NCBI GenBank assembly: GCA_009691805.1
Contig: SIAK01000002.1
Location: 17,627-81,626 of the forward strand
Source: Phycisphaerales bacterium
Lineage (GTDB): Bacteria; Planctomycetota; Phycisphaerae; Phycisphaerales; SM1A02
Direction: 5' to 3'
Length of the DNA: 64,000 nt
Shown: positions 53,339 through 62,380 of the stretch, piece by piece
How positions within the stretch are numbered: position 1 is the stretch's first letter
Layout: each line of letters opens with the position of its first letter
Notes under the pieces: model-generated
What the model saw: the letters and a program-made list of their open reading frames with translations, nothing else
What the model was told of the DNA's origin: nothing
The model's database searches: none
Position numbers and translations under genes: made by a program

Positions 53339-56300
53339 CTATAGGCCTTCGACGGCGATGCGGAGTTCGATTGGGTCCATGCCGCGGATTCCGCCTTCGC
53401 GTGAGAGTGCGGCGAACTGCTCCATGCGTGCGAGCCAGAGGCGCGGATCGGCTTTGAAATTCGCGGCAACGCGACGCGCGAAGTCGATGCTCCATGCGCG
53501 AATCGCACGATCGCGTGCGTCGCCACGCAACGTCCACGGCACGAGCGGTCGCAAGAGCCTCACGATTTCCGCTGGCCAATCGTTCGATCGAAAGTCGAGA
53601 CGGTATCGACGCGTCCCCATCGCGAGATCAATGCGGTTGAGGTAACGCCGCTCCATCTGATCGCCGTTGCTTCCGCGCACAACGAGCCTCTCGCGAATGC
53701 GTCGACGTTGTTCGAGACTCGTCGTCATCGAGAGCACGTAAAAAATATCGCGCGGCAACATCGCTTCCGCGAGCGGTTCCGCGGCAGCGCAGGCGAGGCG
53801 ACCATCGGGGTCAGCGTCAATCAGCGCCCCCAGAAGTTCTTCGTACTGAAACAGCGCGCGTGAACCGCCCCAGACCAGCGTGCGATGCAGTGCTGTCACG
53901 GCGAGTCGAATGGTCGCTTCATCCATCGCTCCCGCGCGCGTCGCCTTCAAGCGATCGACAAGTTCGGTTGCGTGTCGGCGAAATCGTTTCGCGCGACGGC
54001 GTCCACCGAATCGCTCGCGCACAAGTTCAAACGTCAGTCGACTGATCACGCCACTGACGCTCTCGCGCTCTTCCGTCATGCGGCGCGCAGTCGAGGTGTC
54101 TTCGGCAAGACTGCGACCGAAGCAAAATGCCTCAAAACTTCGACCAAAACCGCGCGCTTCAAATGCGTGCATCGCGCCTTCAATCGCTTCAATCGTCACC
54201 GGAATGAACCCGCGCTGATACGCGAGTCCGAGCAGCGCGACATCCAGCAGCCGCTCCGAAAGCAGCTCGTTGCGCGCGCGTGAGGCGAGGTCACCGATCA
54301 CGCGACGCGTCGGCATGCACGAAATCTGCGCTGCGTTGAAAAGCAACGCGCACCGACGAATCGATTCTTGATCGAGTTGATCTTCCAGCGCGCCATCATT
54401 GGCGACGATCGCTGTTCGGTGCGAATCAGCGACGCGCAAGAGTGGATCTGGCCCGAGCGCGCGCAATGCTTCCACCGCGTCGACTCCAAGCACGAGATCT
54501 GCTTCACCGTACGGAATCGTTCCCGCGCACGGCGGTCGCGTGTCCGTGGCTCGAAAGCGCGTGAATGTCACCTGCGCCCATGCCATGCGTCCAAGTCCAA
54601 CGAGCGAGCGATCCCATCCGACCTCCACGCGGTATCCCATCGCGCGTCCAGCGTCGGCGAGAATGTCCGCAACCCCTGATTCACCGATCGCGCGAATGCC
54701 CGCGCAGTGTGCTCGCCAGATCCCCTGCTCTGCGTGCAGCGGTCGCGGCGTTGGAAGTCGACCGCCCAATCGCGCGACCGCCGACCACGGTGCTTTCGTG
54801 CGAACAACTTCCACCTGCTCAAGCAGCGTCTGCATCGTCAATCGAACAAGTCCAGGAACTCGTGGCACATCGCTCTTGGTGAACTCCCCTTGCAGCGGAG
54901 TTGCGCCGCGTTCGAGTCCTTGCTCAATGCGATGGAGTGCAAGTGGCGGACGCAATTCGCACGCGAGATCCGCATTCCACACGAGACGTTGTTGCGGCGG
55001 GTATCCAAGCCGATCCGCTTCCGCAATCGCTGCGCCACCACGTGCGTCCATGCCGTGAAACAGCAAGACCGACACGCCATTGCGATACGCGGCAGTACGC
55101 AATCGATCCAGCACAGTCTGAGGATCTTTCAAACTCACGCGCTCGATAGTGACGCGATCCGCAGCGTTTGCTGGAACAGCAGCACTCGCAAGTCGTTCAA
55201 GATCGGGATCGGTTGCGCTCGCGATGTCAAGGACTGCAATGATGCGTGGTGCAGGATCGCGCGACGCTTGCAACATCGACGCTGCGCCTTCTTCGATGAA
55301 CCGCGCGCGCTTCCACAATTCACAAATGACCGTGCGCGCGGCTGCCCCGAGTGAAGGCAGTTCATCGAGCGCAAGAACTGTCGGTGGTTCATCGGAATCG
55401 CTCGAGCCCGCTTCTGATCGAAGCTCTTGATCGAGCGCGGCAAACTGCTCGCGCAGCAAAGTCTCCGCGTCACTTCCTTCCGGCGTGCGAACAGGCAACT
55501 TGATCGACTCCAACATGCCCCGCTGCGATGCGAGACGTTGACCAAGTTGTGCGTGCGGACGCGCCTGATGCAAGAGATGCAGAATCTTGCGCACCAACAA
55601 CGACGGATGCAGTGAGTCACCCGGTCGAAGATCAAACACTTCGCCGTCGTCCTGCGCAGGCATGTCCGTCCACCACAATTTCGCCGTGCGATTGCCCCGT
55701 CGCCGAATGATCTCCGCGACTTCAATGACGCTCGGCACAACACTGCCAGGGCGCGGCTCCAGCACAACCGCATGCTGCACGCGATCGAGAAAACGAGTGA
55801 GAATCGAGTCATCGACAGGACTGATGAGTCCCAAGCGCAAGACCGGCACGCGTCCGACGAGTCCAAACTCATCGAGTAAATGCATGAGCGCGCGATCGCA
55901 CGGACCAACAGTGAGGAATCCCACAAACTCGCGTTCACCAGGACTCGGCAGCGCGCTGAGTTGATCGATTTCCAATCGGCGCGCCATGCGTACCAGATCG
56001 AGCGCTTCGCCGGCGCGAGGACCGTGTCGTTGTCGCCGCGAAAGAATCATTTCATCGACACTGCCATGCACGCGATTCGGTCGCGCTTCGATCGTGTCAG
56101 CGCTCTGCAAGATCGCGCGATGCATGATCACCGCAGCGGGCTTGCCTGCCGCGCGTGAAAGTCGCAACGCCCACTCGATGCTGCTGCGAAGGCTCGAGAT
56201 ATCCGTCGGTTCAATCGTGGGCAAACCTGCACCAAGCGCGATGCGACGCGGGCAGCATCCAGGCACACGTATCGGATCATCTTCAAAGAGCAGCGCGAGC

Positions 56301-56734
56301 CCTGCATCCGGATGCACGAAACATTCCGTCGAGCGAAGCACGGCATCTGCACCGCGCACGAGTTCATCATTGGGCACAAGCGCGATCGCGCTCCGTCCAC
56401 CGCGAACTCCCGCGCACGCAAGTGAAATCGCGCGCGCCGCATCACCACCGATGAGTAGTTCCACTTGATGTCGCGCAAGGACACGCGCATGTTCGGGCTC
56501 ATTCGCGAATCGTTGCAATCGCTCAAACGGCGCGCGTCGTGGTGCAGCAACAACACTGACTGCGACTTGTGACTCAAGGACGCCCTTGAGAATCGCCTCA
56601 TACGCATCAAAGAAGACCGCTCCCTCCGCGCGGGCGAGCCGAGCGGGTACTGAAGTTGTCGCAGAGGCGCCGCTAGTGGCTGATTGCACCGGCGAATAGT
56701 AACTTGAGCGCTCACGCAGTGCAGGAATGCTCAA
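53339..56734 (-). CDS. large (1131 aa) indolepyruvate/2-oxoacid:ferredoxin oxidoreductase-family-like protein, motif-degenerate
   Basis: The length and domain order resemble fused IOR-family proteins. There is an N-terminal PFOR domain-I-like segment (GAVFFDAYEAILKGVLES...LACAGVRGGRSAIALVPNDEL...LLFEDDP). A POR-gamma-like region is ADLVLGVDAVEAL. The C-terminal region resembles the DUF6537 tail. I could not find the TPP GDG..N motif, the GVGG.G motif or a CxxCxxCxxxCP cluster. Confidence 0.45.
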   Translation of the reverse strand: MSIPALRERSSYYSPVQSATSGASATTSVPARLARAEGAVFFDAYEAILKGVLESQVAVSVVAAPRRAPFERLQRFANEPEHARVLARHQVELLIGGDAARAISLACAGVRGGRSAIALVPNDELVRGADAVLRSTECFVHPDAGLALLFEDDPIRVPGCCPRRIALGAGLPTIEPTDISSLRSSIEWALRLSRAAGKPAAVIMHRAILQSADTIEARPNRVHGSVDEMILSRRQRHGPRAGEALDLVRMARRLEIDQLSALPSPGEREFVGFLTVGPCDRALMHLLDEFGLVGRVPVLRLGLISPVDDSILTRFLDRVQHAVVLEPRPGSVVPSVIEVAEIIRRRGNRTAKLWWTDMPAQDDGEVFDLRPGDSLHPSLLVRKILHLLHQARPHAQLGQRLASQRGMLESIKLPVRTPEGSDAETLLREQFAALDQELRSEAGSSDSDEPPTVLALDELPSLGAAARTVICELWKRARFIEEGAASMLQASRDPAPRIIAVLDIASATDPDLERLASAAVPANAADRVTIERVSLKDPQTVLDRLRTAAYRNGVSVLLFHGMDARGGAAIAEADRLGYPPQQRLVWNADLACELRPPLALHRIEQGLERGATPLQGEFTKSDVPRVPGLVRLTMQTLLEQVEVVRTKAPWSAVARLGGRLPTPRPLHAEQGIWRAHCAGIRAIGESGVADILADAGRAMGYRVEVGWDRSLVGLGRMAWAQVTFTRFRATDTRPPCAGTIPYGEADLVLGVDAVEALRALGPDPLLRVADSHRTAIVANDGALEDQLDQESIRRCALLFNAAQISCMPTRRVIGDLASRARNELLSERLLDVALLGLAYQRGFIPVTIEAIEGAMHAFEARGFGRSFEAFCFGRSLAEDTSTARRMTEERESVSGVISRLTFELVRERFGGRRRAKRFRRHATELVDRLKATRAGAMDEATIRLAVTALHRTLVWGGSRALFQYEELLGALIDADPDGRLACAAAEPLAEAMLPRDIFYVLSMTTSLEQRRRIRERLVVRGSNGDQMERRYLNRIDLAMGTRRYRLDFRSNDWPAEIVRLLRPLVPWTLRGDARDRAIRAWSIDFARRVAANFKADPRLWLARMEQFAALSREGGIRGMDPIELRIAVEGL

Positions 56735-57588
56735 GCATGCAATGCGCGATCAACTGCCTCCGCGAATCCGTCTTCTGCATTGGTCGCAACTCGGGCGCGC
56801 GCGACCGCCGTGATGCGAGGATCCGCGTTGCCCATCGCGATGCCGAGGCCAGCTTCGCGAATCAACTCCAAATCATTGAGCCCATCACCGACTGCCGCAA
56901 TCTCGTCGCGACAAATTCCTTCGAGCGCAGCCAACGCCGCAACGCTCGTCCATTTGCTCACCTTCGCAGCAAACGTCTCGAGAAGGTGCGTCTTCGTCGC
57001 GATTGCTTTCTCCGCCGTGAGTGCTGGCCAATGCTGCACATTCACCAACTCACCGAGCGAGGCAGCAACATCATCCGCCACCACACCAAGTTCATCACCA
57101 AGCGCGACCGTGCCCACGCGCACTGTGTGATGCAACGCGTCCACTTCCGCGATACTTCCGATGCGTTGAAAAGTTACGGGCAGCGTGTCGAACCACCACG
57201 CCGTTGCGGGATCAAACGCTTGTTCACCAATCATCAGATAGTCATGCGGCGAAACGGTGTGATCCTGCAGCAAATGCACGAGATGACCATGACGACTCAC
57301 GACCTCCACAAGTCGCGCGACCAGATCCGCCGCAATCGGACGCCGCAGCACAACACTTCCTCGCCGCGTTTCATGCACAAGCGCGCCACCCGCAGCGATC
57401 ATCAGCCCTTGCTGTCCAATCGCCTCCATCACATGTTGACACTCGGGCAGCGAACGACCTGTTGCGGGAATGAACTGCACTCCGCGCCGACGCAGTCGCT
57501 CGATTGCCGCCAACGCGCTCGCAGAAACTTCACCGTGCTCATTGAGCAGCGTTCCATCAAGATCGGCGACGAACATACGAATAGACAT
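56731..57588 (-). CDS. Cof-type HAD-IIB phosphatase
   Basis: MFVADLDGTLLN (motif I DxDGT), IPATGRS (motif II), and GDGLNDLELI...GIAMGNA (motif III/IV). It has a 4-bp overlap with the downstream IOR-like gene. Confidence 0.8.
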   Translation of the reverse strand: MSIRMFVADLDGTLLNEHGEVSASALAAIERLRRRGVQFIPATGRSLPECQHVMEAIGQQGLMIAAGGALVHETRRGSVVLRRPIAADLVARLVEVVSRHGHLVHLLQDHTVSPHDYLMIGEQAFDPATAWWFDTLPVTFQRIGSIAEVDALHHTVRVGTVALGDELGVVADDVAASLGELVNVQHWPALTAEKAIATKTHLLETFAAKVSKWTSVAALAALEGICRDEIAAVGDGLNDLELIREAGLGIAMGNADPRITAVARARVATNAEDGFAEAVDRALHA

Positions 57589-57731
57589 TGGCGAAGGGTG
57601 GTCTGAGCGACCGATAGGGCTGTGCGAAGCGGCGAGGGAAGCGAGGTGGACTCTAACCTGCCACGAATCTCACTTCTTCTGCGTTGATCGGCTTCCGTCC
57701 GAAGCTCAAACCCCGTATTCTCTTCCCTCCC

Positions 57732-58532
57732 ATGGCTGACAAGAACCGCCTTTCCCAAGTCGCGAGCACTGACCTCTCTGAGAGCCGTCTCAACGAAGAC
57801 CTTGTCTACTGGATGAAGACGAAGGGTTCGAATTACCTTCTCGTCGTCCTCCTTGCTGTCTGTGCGTTTCTTGGCTGGAACCTCTGGCGCGAGAAACAAC
57901 GCGACACGGTGATCTTGGCGTGGACTGATCTCGGCGAAGCAACAACACCTGAAGATCTCGAAGGCTTTGCGAAAGCGCAAGCACACGTTCCGCAAATCGC
58001 AATGCTCGCGCTTCTCGCTGCGGGCGACATGCGATTGCAACAATTGCAAAGTGGATTCCTCACGCAACCTGTAGAAGGTCAGCCGCAGCAACCACTCGAC
58101 GAGACTGCTCGCAAGATTGTGCAAGACGCAGCGGACGAGGATTACTCAAAGGTCGTGGAACTCGCGCAGACAGTTGCGAAGAGTGGAAGCACCGCACCTA
58201 TCGTCGTGCCCGCACTCATCGGTCGCGCGGCGATTGCCGAGAGTCGCGGCGATTTCGCGCAAGCGCGAGCAATGCTCGAGCAAGCGTCCAGTGCAACAGG
58301 AATGTATACGGCGCTTGGCAAGGTGACTGCATCGCGTCTCGCATCGTTGGGCTCCGTCGAACGCGGCGTTGCGCTTCCACCAAAGGCTGCGCTGCCCGTG
58401 AAGGCTGTCATCGATCCCATCGCGCCTGACATGAGCGGCGACATTCTTCGCTCGCTCGAAATGCCTGTGACGAATCCAACGCCAGCTCCTGCGCCGACTG
58501 TCGCGCCGACGCCTGTGACTCCAGGCGGCTGA
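57732..58532 (+). CDS. membrane-anchored TPR-like protein (YfgM-like architecture)
   Basis: It has an N-terminal cytoplasmic tail, a single TM (NYLLVVLLAVCAFLGWNLW), a helical Ala-rich domain (…RGDFAQARAMLEQA…) and a Pro-rich tail. The architecture resembles YfgM/UPF0070, but this is a weak call. Confidence 0.35.
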   Translation: MADKNRLSQVASTDLSESRLNEDLVYWMKTKGSNYLLVVLLAVCAFLGWNLWREKQRDTVILAWTDLGEATTPEDLEGFAKAQAHVPQIAMLALLAAGDMRLQQLQSGFLTQPVEGQPQQPLDETARKIVQDAADEDYSKVVELAQTVAKSGSTAPIVVPALIGRAAIAESRGDFAQARAMLEQASSATGMYTALGKVTASRLASLGSVERGVALPPKAALPVKAVIDPIAPDMSGDILRSLEMPVTNPTPAPAPTVAPTPVTPGG

Positions 58533-58541
58533 TCGCGAGGA

Positions 58542-59747
58542 GTGATGGAAGACAAACAAACTGCTGCTGCACAGGATCGCGTCGAGGACGCGTCCACCGT
58601 TGCGTCGTCTGCTGCAGGCGAGATTGAACTCATTGGTCCGAGTGGAACTGTCGATCGCGATGCGCTGTTTGCGCTCTATGAACGTCAAGCCGCTGTCGAT
58701 GATGAAACGCCTGTGCGCGTGGAGTTCACGCTGCTCAAAGATCTCGAGAAGCGGCTCGATCGCTATCTCGTCGATCGTGTGCCCTTTCTCTCACGCACGC
58801 AGATTCAGCGCTTGATTGAAGAGGCCGCAGTCACAGTCAATGGTCGCACACCGAAGTGCTCGACGAAATTGCGCATCGGCGATCACATCGTCGCGACGCT
58901 TCCGCCGCCGCCCTCAGGCGAGATTCAACCGGAAGACATTCCGCTCGACGTTCTCTTCGAAGATGACGCGATCATCGTGGTGAACAAGCCCGCGGGTCTG
59001 ATTGTGCATCCTGCGCGAAGTCACAAGACAGGCACACTCATCAACGCGCTCGCGTGGCGATTCAAGAATTTGTCGGGTGGCGCGCTGAGTTCTGTCGGCG
59101 AAGAATTCGCGCGACCAGGCGTTGTGCATCGATTGGATAAATGGACATCGGGTGCGATCGTTGCTGCGAAGAACGACACCGCGCATTGGCGACTCGGCAA
59201 ACAATTCGAAATGCGTCGCACAGACAAACGCTATCTCGCGCTCGTGCATGGCGAAGTGCCTGACCTTGTCATGCAGATCGATGCGCCGCTTGGCAAGCAT
59301 GTGACCATCAAAGAAAAATATGCCGTGCGGCATGATGAAACAGGCAAAGCGTCGCTCACGATTTGCCGTGTCCGTGAACGATTCACGCTTGCAACAGGCG
59401 AGAAGTTCACGTTGGTTGAATTGGAACTCAAGACCGGACGCACGCATCAGATTCGTGTGCACATGTCATGGCGCGGCTATCCCGTCGTAGGCGATGATAT
59501 GTACGGCGGCAAGCATGTCACTGAACGCGATGTCGGAGGGACGTCGACGACAATGTTGCTCGCGCGACAAGCACTGCACGCGACAACCCTCGGCATTCGC
59601 CATCCGATGACGGATGTTCCCATGTCTTTTACTGCGCCTGTCGCTGCAGATTTCCGCCGTGCCCTCGAGCTTCTCCGAGGCAGCGCGCCGAATGCATTGC
59701 TCACGCCTGCCGGTGCGACGATCGATCTTGCGAGTGCAGGCGTTTAA
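58542..59747 (+). CDS. rluD: RluA-family 23S rRNA pseudouridine synthase (RluD-like)
   Basis: S4 domain RLDRYLVDRVPFLSRTQIQRLIEEAAVTVNGR, catalytic HRLDKWTSGAIVAAKN, and KRYLALVHG...GRTHQIRVHM. It carries a ~60-aa N-terminal extension. The start is GTG 58542 or ATG 58545. Confidence 0.85.
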   Translation: MMEDKQTAAAQDRVEDASTVASSAAGEIELIGPSGTVDRDALFALYERQAAVDDETPVRVEFTLLKDLEKRLDRYLVDRVPFLSRTQIQRLIEEAAVTVNGRTPKCSTKLRIGDHIVATLPPPPSGEIQPEDIPLDVLFEDDAIIVVNKPAGLIVHPARSHKTGTLINALAWRFKNLSGGALSSVGEEFARPGVVHRLDKWTSGAIVAAKNDTAHWRLGKQFEMRRTDKRYLALVHGEVPDLVMQIDAPLGKHVTIKEKYAVRHDETGKASLTICRVRERFTLATGEKFTLVELELKTGRTHQIRVHMSWRGYPVVGDDMYGGKHVTERDVGGTSTTMLLARQALHATTLGIRHPMTDVPMSFTAPVAADFRRALELLRGSAPNALLTPAGATIDLASAGV

Positions 59748-59772
59748 ACCGCCGAGTCTCTACACTGAAGGA

Positions 59773-62370
59773 ATGCTGCGCATTCTTCGATGGGCTCTGA
59801 CCGCCGTGATCGTGGCACTCGCCTCAAGCGAAAGTTTGCATGCCGCCGCAGCTGCTGCGCCTCCACCGATGGTGTCTGGGAAACTGAAACCGCAGGATTT
59901 TCAAGTCGAAGGGAAGCCCGCCATGCGATTGCTCGTCGTGCATTACCACCGCGCGGATGAGAACTACACCGATTGGAATCTCTGGGCGTGGCCCGAGAAC
60001 GGCGTTGGTCATGCGTACCCATTCACGCTTGAAGATTCCTTTGGTCGCATGGCGGTCGTCCCCTTCCTCGACTTTCCGCCGCGCGTTGGATTCCTTGTCC
60101 GTAAAGGCGAATGGCAAGAGAAGGACGTTGATCAAGATCGATTCATCGCGACCACAACAAGCGCGAAAGTGATGGAAATATGGCTGAAATCAGGTGATCC
60201 CGCGATTGCTCTAGATGCCAAGTCTGCGGAACCTGAGTTCTCGATCGTGAGCGCATTTCTCGACAAGGCCGACACGATCACGCTCGCGACAACTCGCGCG
60301 CTCACGAAACGTCAATTGCACGCGCTCGTCGTTTCGCATGCGACCGACGCAAAGAAACTGTGGAAGGTGAAGAGCGTCACGCCCATCCAAAGCGTCGGCG
60401 GAAGAGCGATGTACAGCGTCACGCTGACGACGCGCGTGTCAGAGTTCGATGTCGGCGCGCTCCAACTCAGTTTGAAACCGAACGACGGCGATGTCGCGCC
60501 AACTCCGGCAACGACGATCGTCTACGCGCGCGATGTGCTTAACGATGCGGTGTTTCAAGCGCTCGACACGCCTCTCAGCGCCATCTGCACAACAACATCA
60601 ACGCAGTGCACAACATGGTCCCCTGTTTCGAGTGCAGTCGATCTGCTTCTGTTCTCGTCACCAGATGCGACGACGCCGGATCGCATCCTGCCACTCACGC
60701 GCGGTGCACACGGCGTGTGGACAACGACAATCACCGGCGATCTCCATCGCATCGCCTACCAATACCGGTACACCAACTACGGCGCGCAGCGCGATGTTGC
60801 GGACATCCACGGATACGCCGCAACCAGCGACAGTAAGAAAACTGTGTTCGTCGATCTCTCTCGACTCGAGCCTGCGGGATGGAGCAGCGCCGTTCCACCG
60901 CGTCTTGCGCAACGCACGGACGAAGTGATCTACGAGATTCATGTGCGCGATTTTTCGATTCGCGACCTCTCGACGCCGAGTACCCACCGAGGCACATACC
61001 TTGGATTGCTCGGAGGTCGTGCGAGAACGGCGACAGCGCCTTCGACAGGGCTCGCGCATGTACAAGATCTCGGTGTCACGGCAGTCCATCTCCTGCCGCT
61101 CCATGATTTCTCGGCAAAACTGGACGAATACAACTGGGGCTACTGGACGACGCTCTTCAATGTGCCTGAATCGAACTACGCATCGAATCCGTCGGATCCG
61201 ACGAGTGCGATCGTCGAGTTGCGCACCGCTGTGGATGGACTCCATCGTGCAGGACTGCGCGTCATTCTTGATGTTGTCTACAACCACACTTCGGATGCGA
61301 GTGTGGACTCCCCCTTCGGCGCGATTGCGCCCTTCTACTTCTTTCGCACGACGCCCGATGGTCGGCTGATGAATGACACGGGTGTTGGAAACACGCTCGA
61401 TGACGGTCGTCCGATGATGCGCAAATACATCCTCGATAGTCTGTGCTTCTGGGCGGAGCAGTACGACATCGATGGATTCCGATTTGATCTGCTCGGCACA
61501 GCGGAAGTCGAGACAGTGCGCGCGATCTGCGATCGTCTCATGAGCGTGCGCAACGACTTGACGCTCTACGGCGAACCGTGGACGGGCGGCGGCGAGACGC
61601 GATTTGGCAAGGGTGCGCAGCGCGGCTTGCCCATCGCCGTTTTCAATGATTCGCTGCGCAACGCAATTCGTGGTGATCTCGATGGACGTGAGCACGGATT
61701 CGCGTTTGGCAAAGGTGGCGATCGCGCTGCGATCCGACGCGGCGTTGCAGGTGCAATCGATGAGTTTGCGACCGAGCCGTCGGAGAGTGTTTCGTACGTC
61801 AGCGCGCATGACAATCTCACGCTGTGGGACAAGATCGCGAAGACCCGCCCGGATTCGGATGAAGCGACGCGTCGATCGATGCAACAGCTCGCGATTGGCG
61901 TTGTGCTGACGAGTCAGGGACTCGCATTTCTGCACGGAGGAAGTGATTTCTGCCGCACCAAAGGCGGCGAGCACAATTCGTACAACGCTGGCGATGATGT
62001 CAATGCGTTCGATTGGGAACGCAAGGCGCAGTATCAATCCGTGCAAGACTTTGTCGCGGGTCTTGTTCGCTTGCGACGCGCGCATCCTGCGTTTCGCATG
62101 GACACCGATGAAGAGGTTCGCAAGGTGCTCGCGTTTTCATCACTCGAGCATGTCGTCGCATTCACGCTCGATGGAAAATCCGTCGGCGATGCGTGGTCGC
62201 GCATCTTTGTCGCCTACAACGATGAGCCCACGACGCTTGAGCTTGAACTTCCGCGCGGCAACTGGAGCGTCGTCGTGGATGACACGCGTGCAGGCACGAC
62301 AACGCTGCGTGATGCGCGTGGACGGGTGACGCTTCCGCCCTACAGCGTTTTCGTCGCGCACGCAGATTGA
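59773..62370 (+). CDS. pulA: type I pullulanase (GH13 debranching enzyme), secreted
   Basis: A signal peptide (MLRILRWALTAVIVALASSESLHA) is followed by N-terminal CBM-like modules, then YEIHVRDFS, YNWGYWT (YNWGYDP-like), GLRVILDVVYNHT, DGFRFDLLG, YGEPW and YVSAHDN, the GH13 conserved regions I-IV of pullulanases. Confidence 0.85.
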   Translation: MLRILRWALTAVIVALASSESLHAAAAAAPPPMVSGKLKPQDFQVEGKPAMRLLVVHYHRADENYTDWNLWAWPENGVGHAYPFTLEDSFGRMAVVPFLDFPPRVGFLVRKGEWQEKDVDQDRFIATTTSAKVMEIWLKSGDPAIALDAKSAEPEFSIVSAFLDKADTITLATTRALTKRQLHALVVSHATDAKKLWKVKSVTPIQSVGGRAMYSVTLTTRVSEFDVGALQLSLKPNDGDVAPTPATTIVYARDVLNDAVFQALDTPLSAICTTTSTQCTTWSPVSSAVDLLLFSSPDATTPDRILPLTRGAHGVWTTTITGDLHRIAYQYRYTNYGAQRDVADIHGYAATSDSKKTVFVDLSRLEPAGWSSAVPPRLAQRTDEVIYEIHVRDFSIRDLSTPSTHRGTYLGLLGGRARTATAPSTGLAHVQDLGVTAVHLLPLHDFSAKLDEYNWGYWTTLFNVPESNYASNPSDPTSAIVELRTAVDGLHRAGLRVILDVVYNHTSDASVDSPFGAIAPFYFFRTTPDGRLMNDTGVGNTLDDGRPMMRKYILDSLCFWAEQYDIDGFRFDLLGTAEVETVRAICDRLMSVRNDLTLYGEPWTGGGETRFGKGAQRGLPIAVFNDSLRNAIRGDLDGREHGFAFGKGGDRAAIRRGVAGAIDEFATEPSESVSYVSAHDNLTLWDKIAKTRPDSDEATRRSMQQLAIGVVLTSQGLAFLHGGSDFCRTKGGEHNSYNAGDDVNAFDWERKAQYQSVQDFVAGLVRLRRAHPAFRMDTDEEVRKVLAFSSLEHVVAFTLDGKSVGDAWSRIFVAYNDEPTTLELELPRGNWSVVVDDTRAGTTTLRDARGRVTLPPYSVFVAHAD

Positions 62371-62380
62371 GTTCCGCACA

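Noticed and set aside
52802-53344. A 180-aa ORF starting inside the dispersed repeat copy B.
   Set aside because: Its N-terminus is repeat sequence that is frame-shifted in copy A, so it is not conserved as protein. Most of its length is non-hydrophobic read-through of a region where two other frames show clear TM-helix coding signal.
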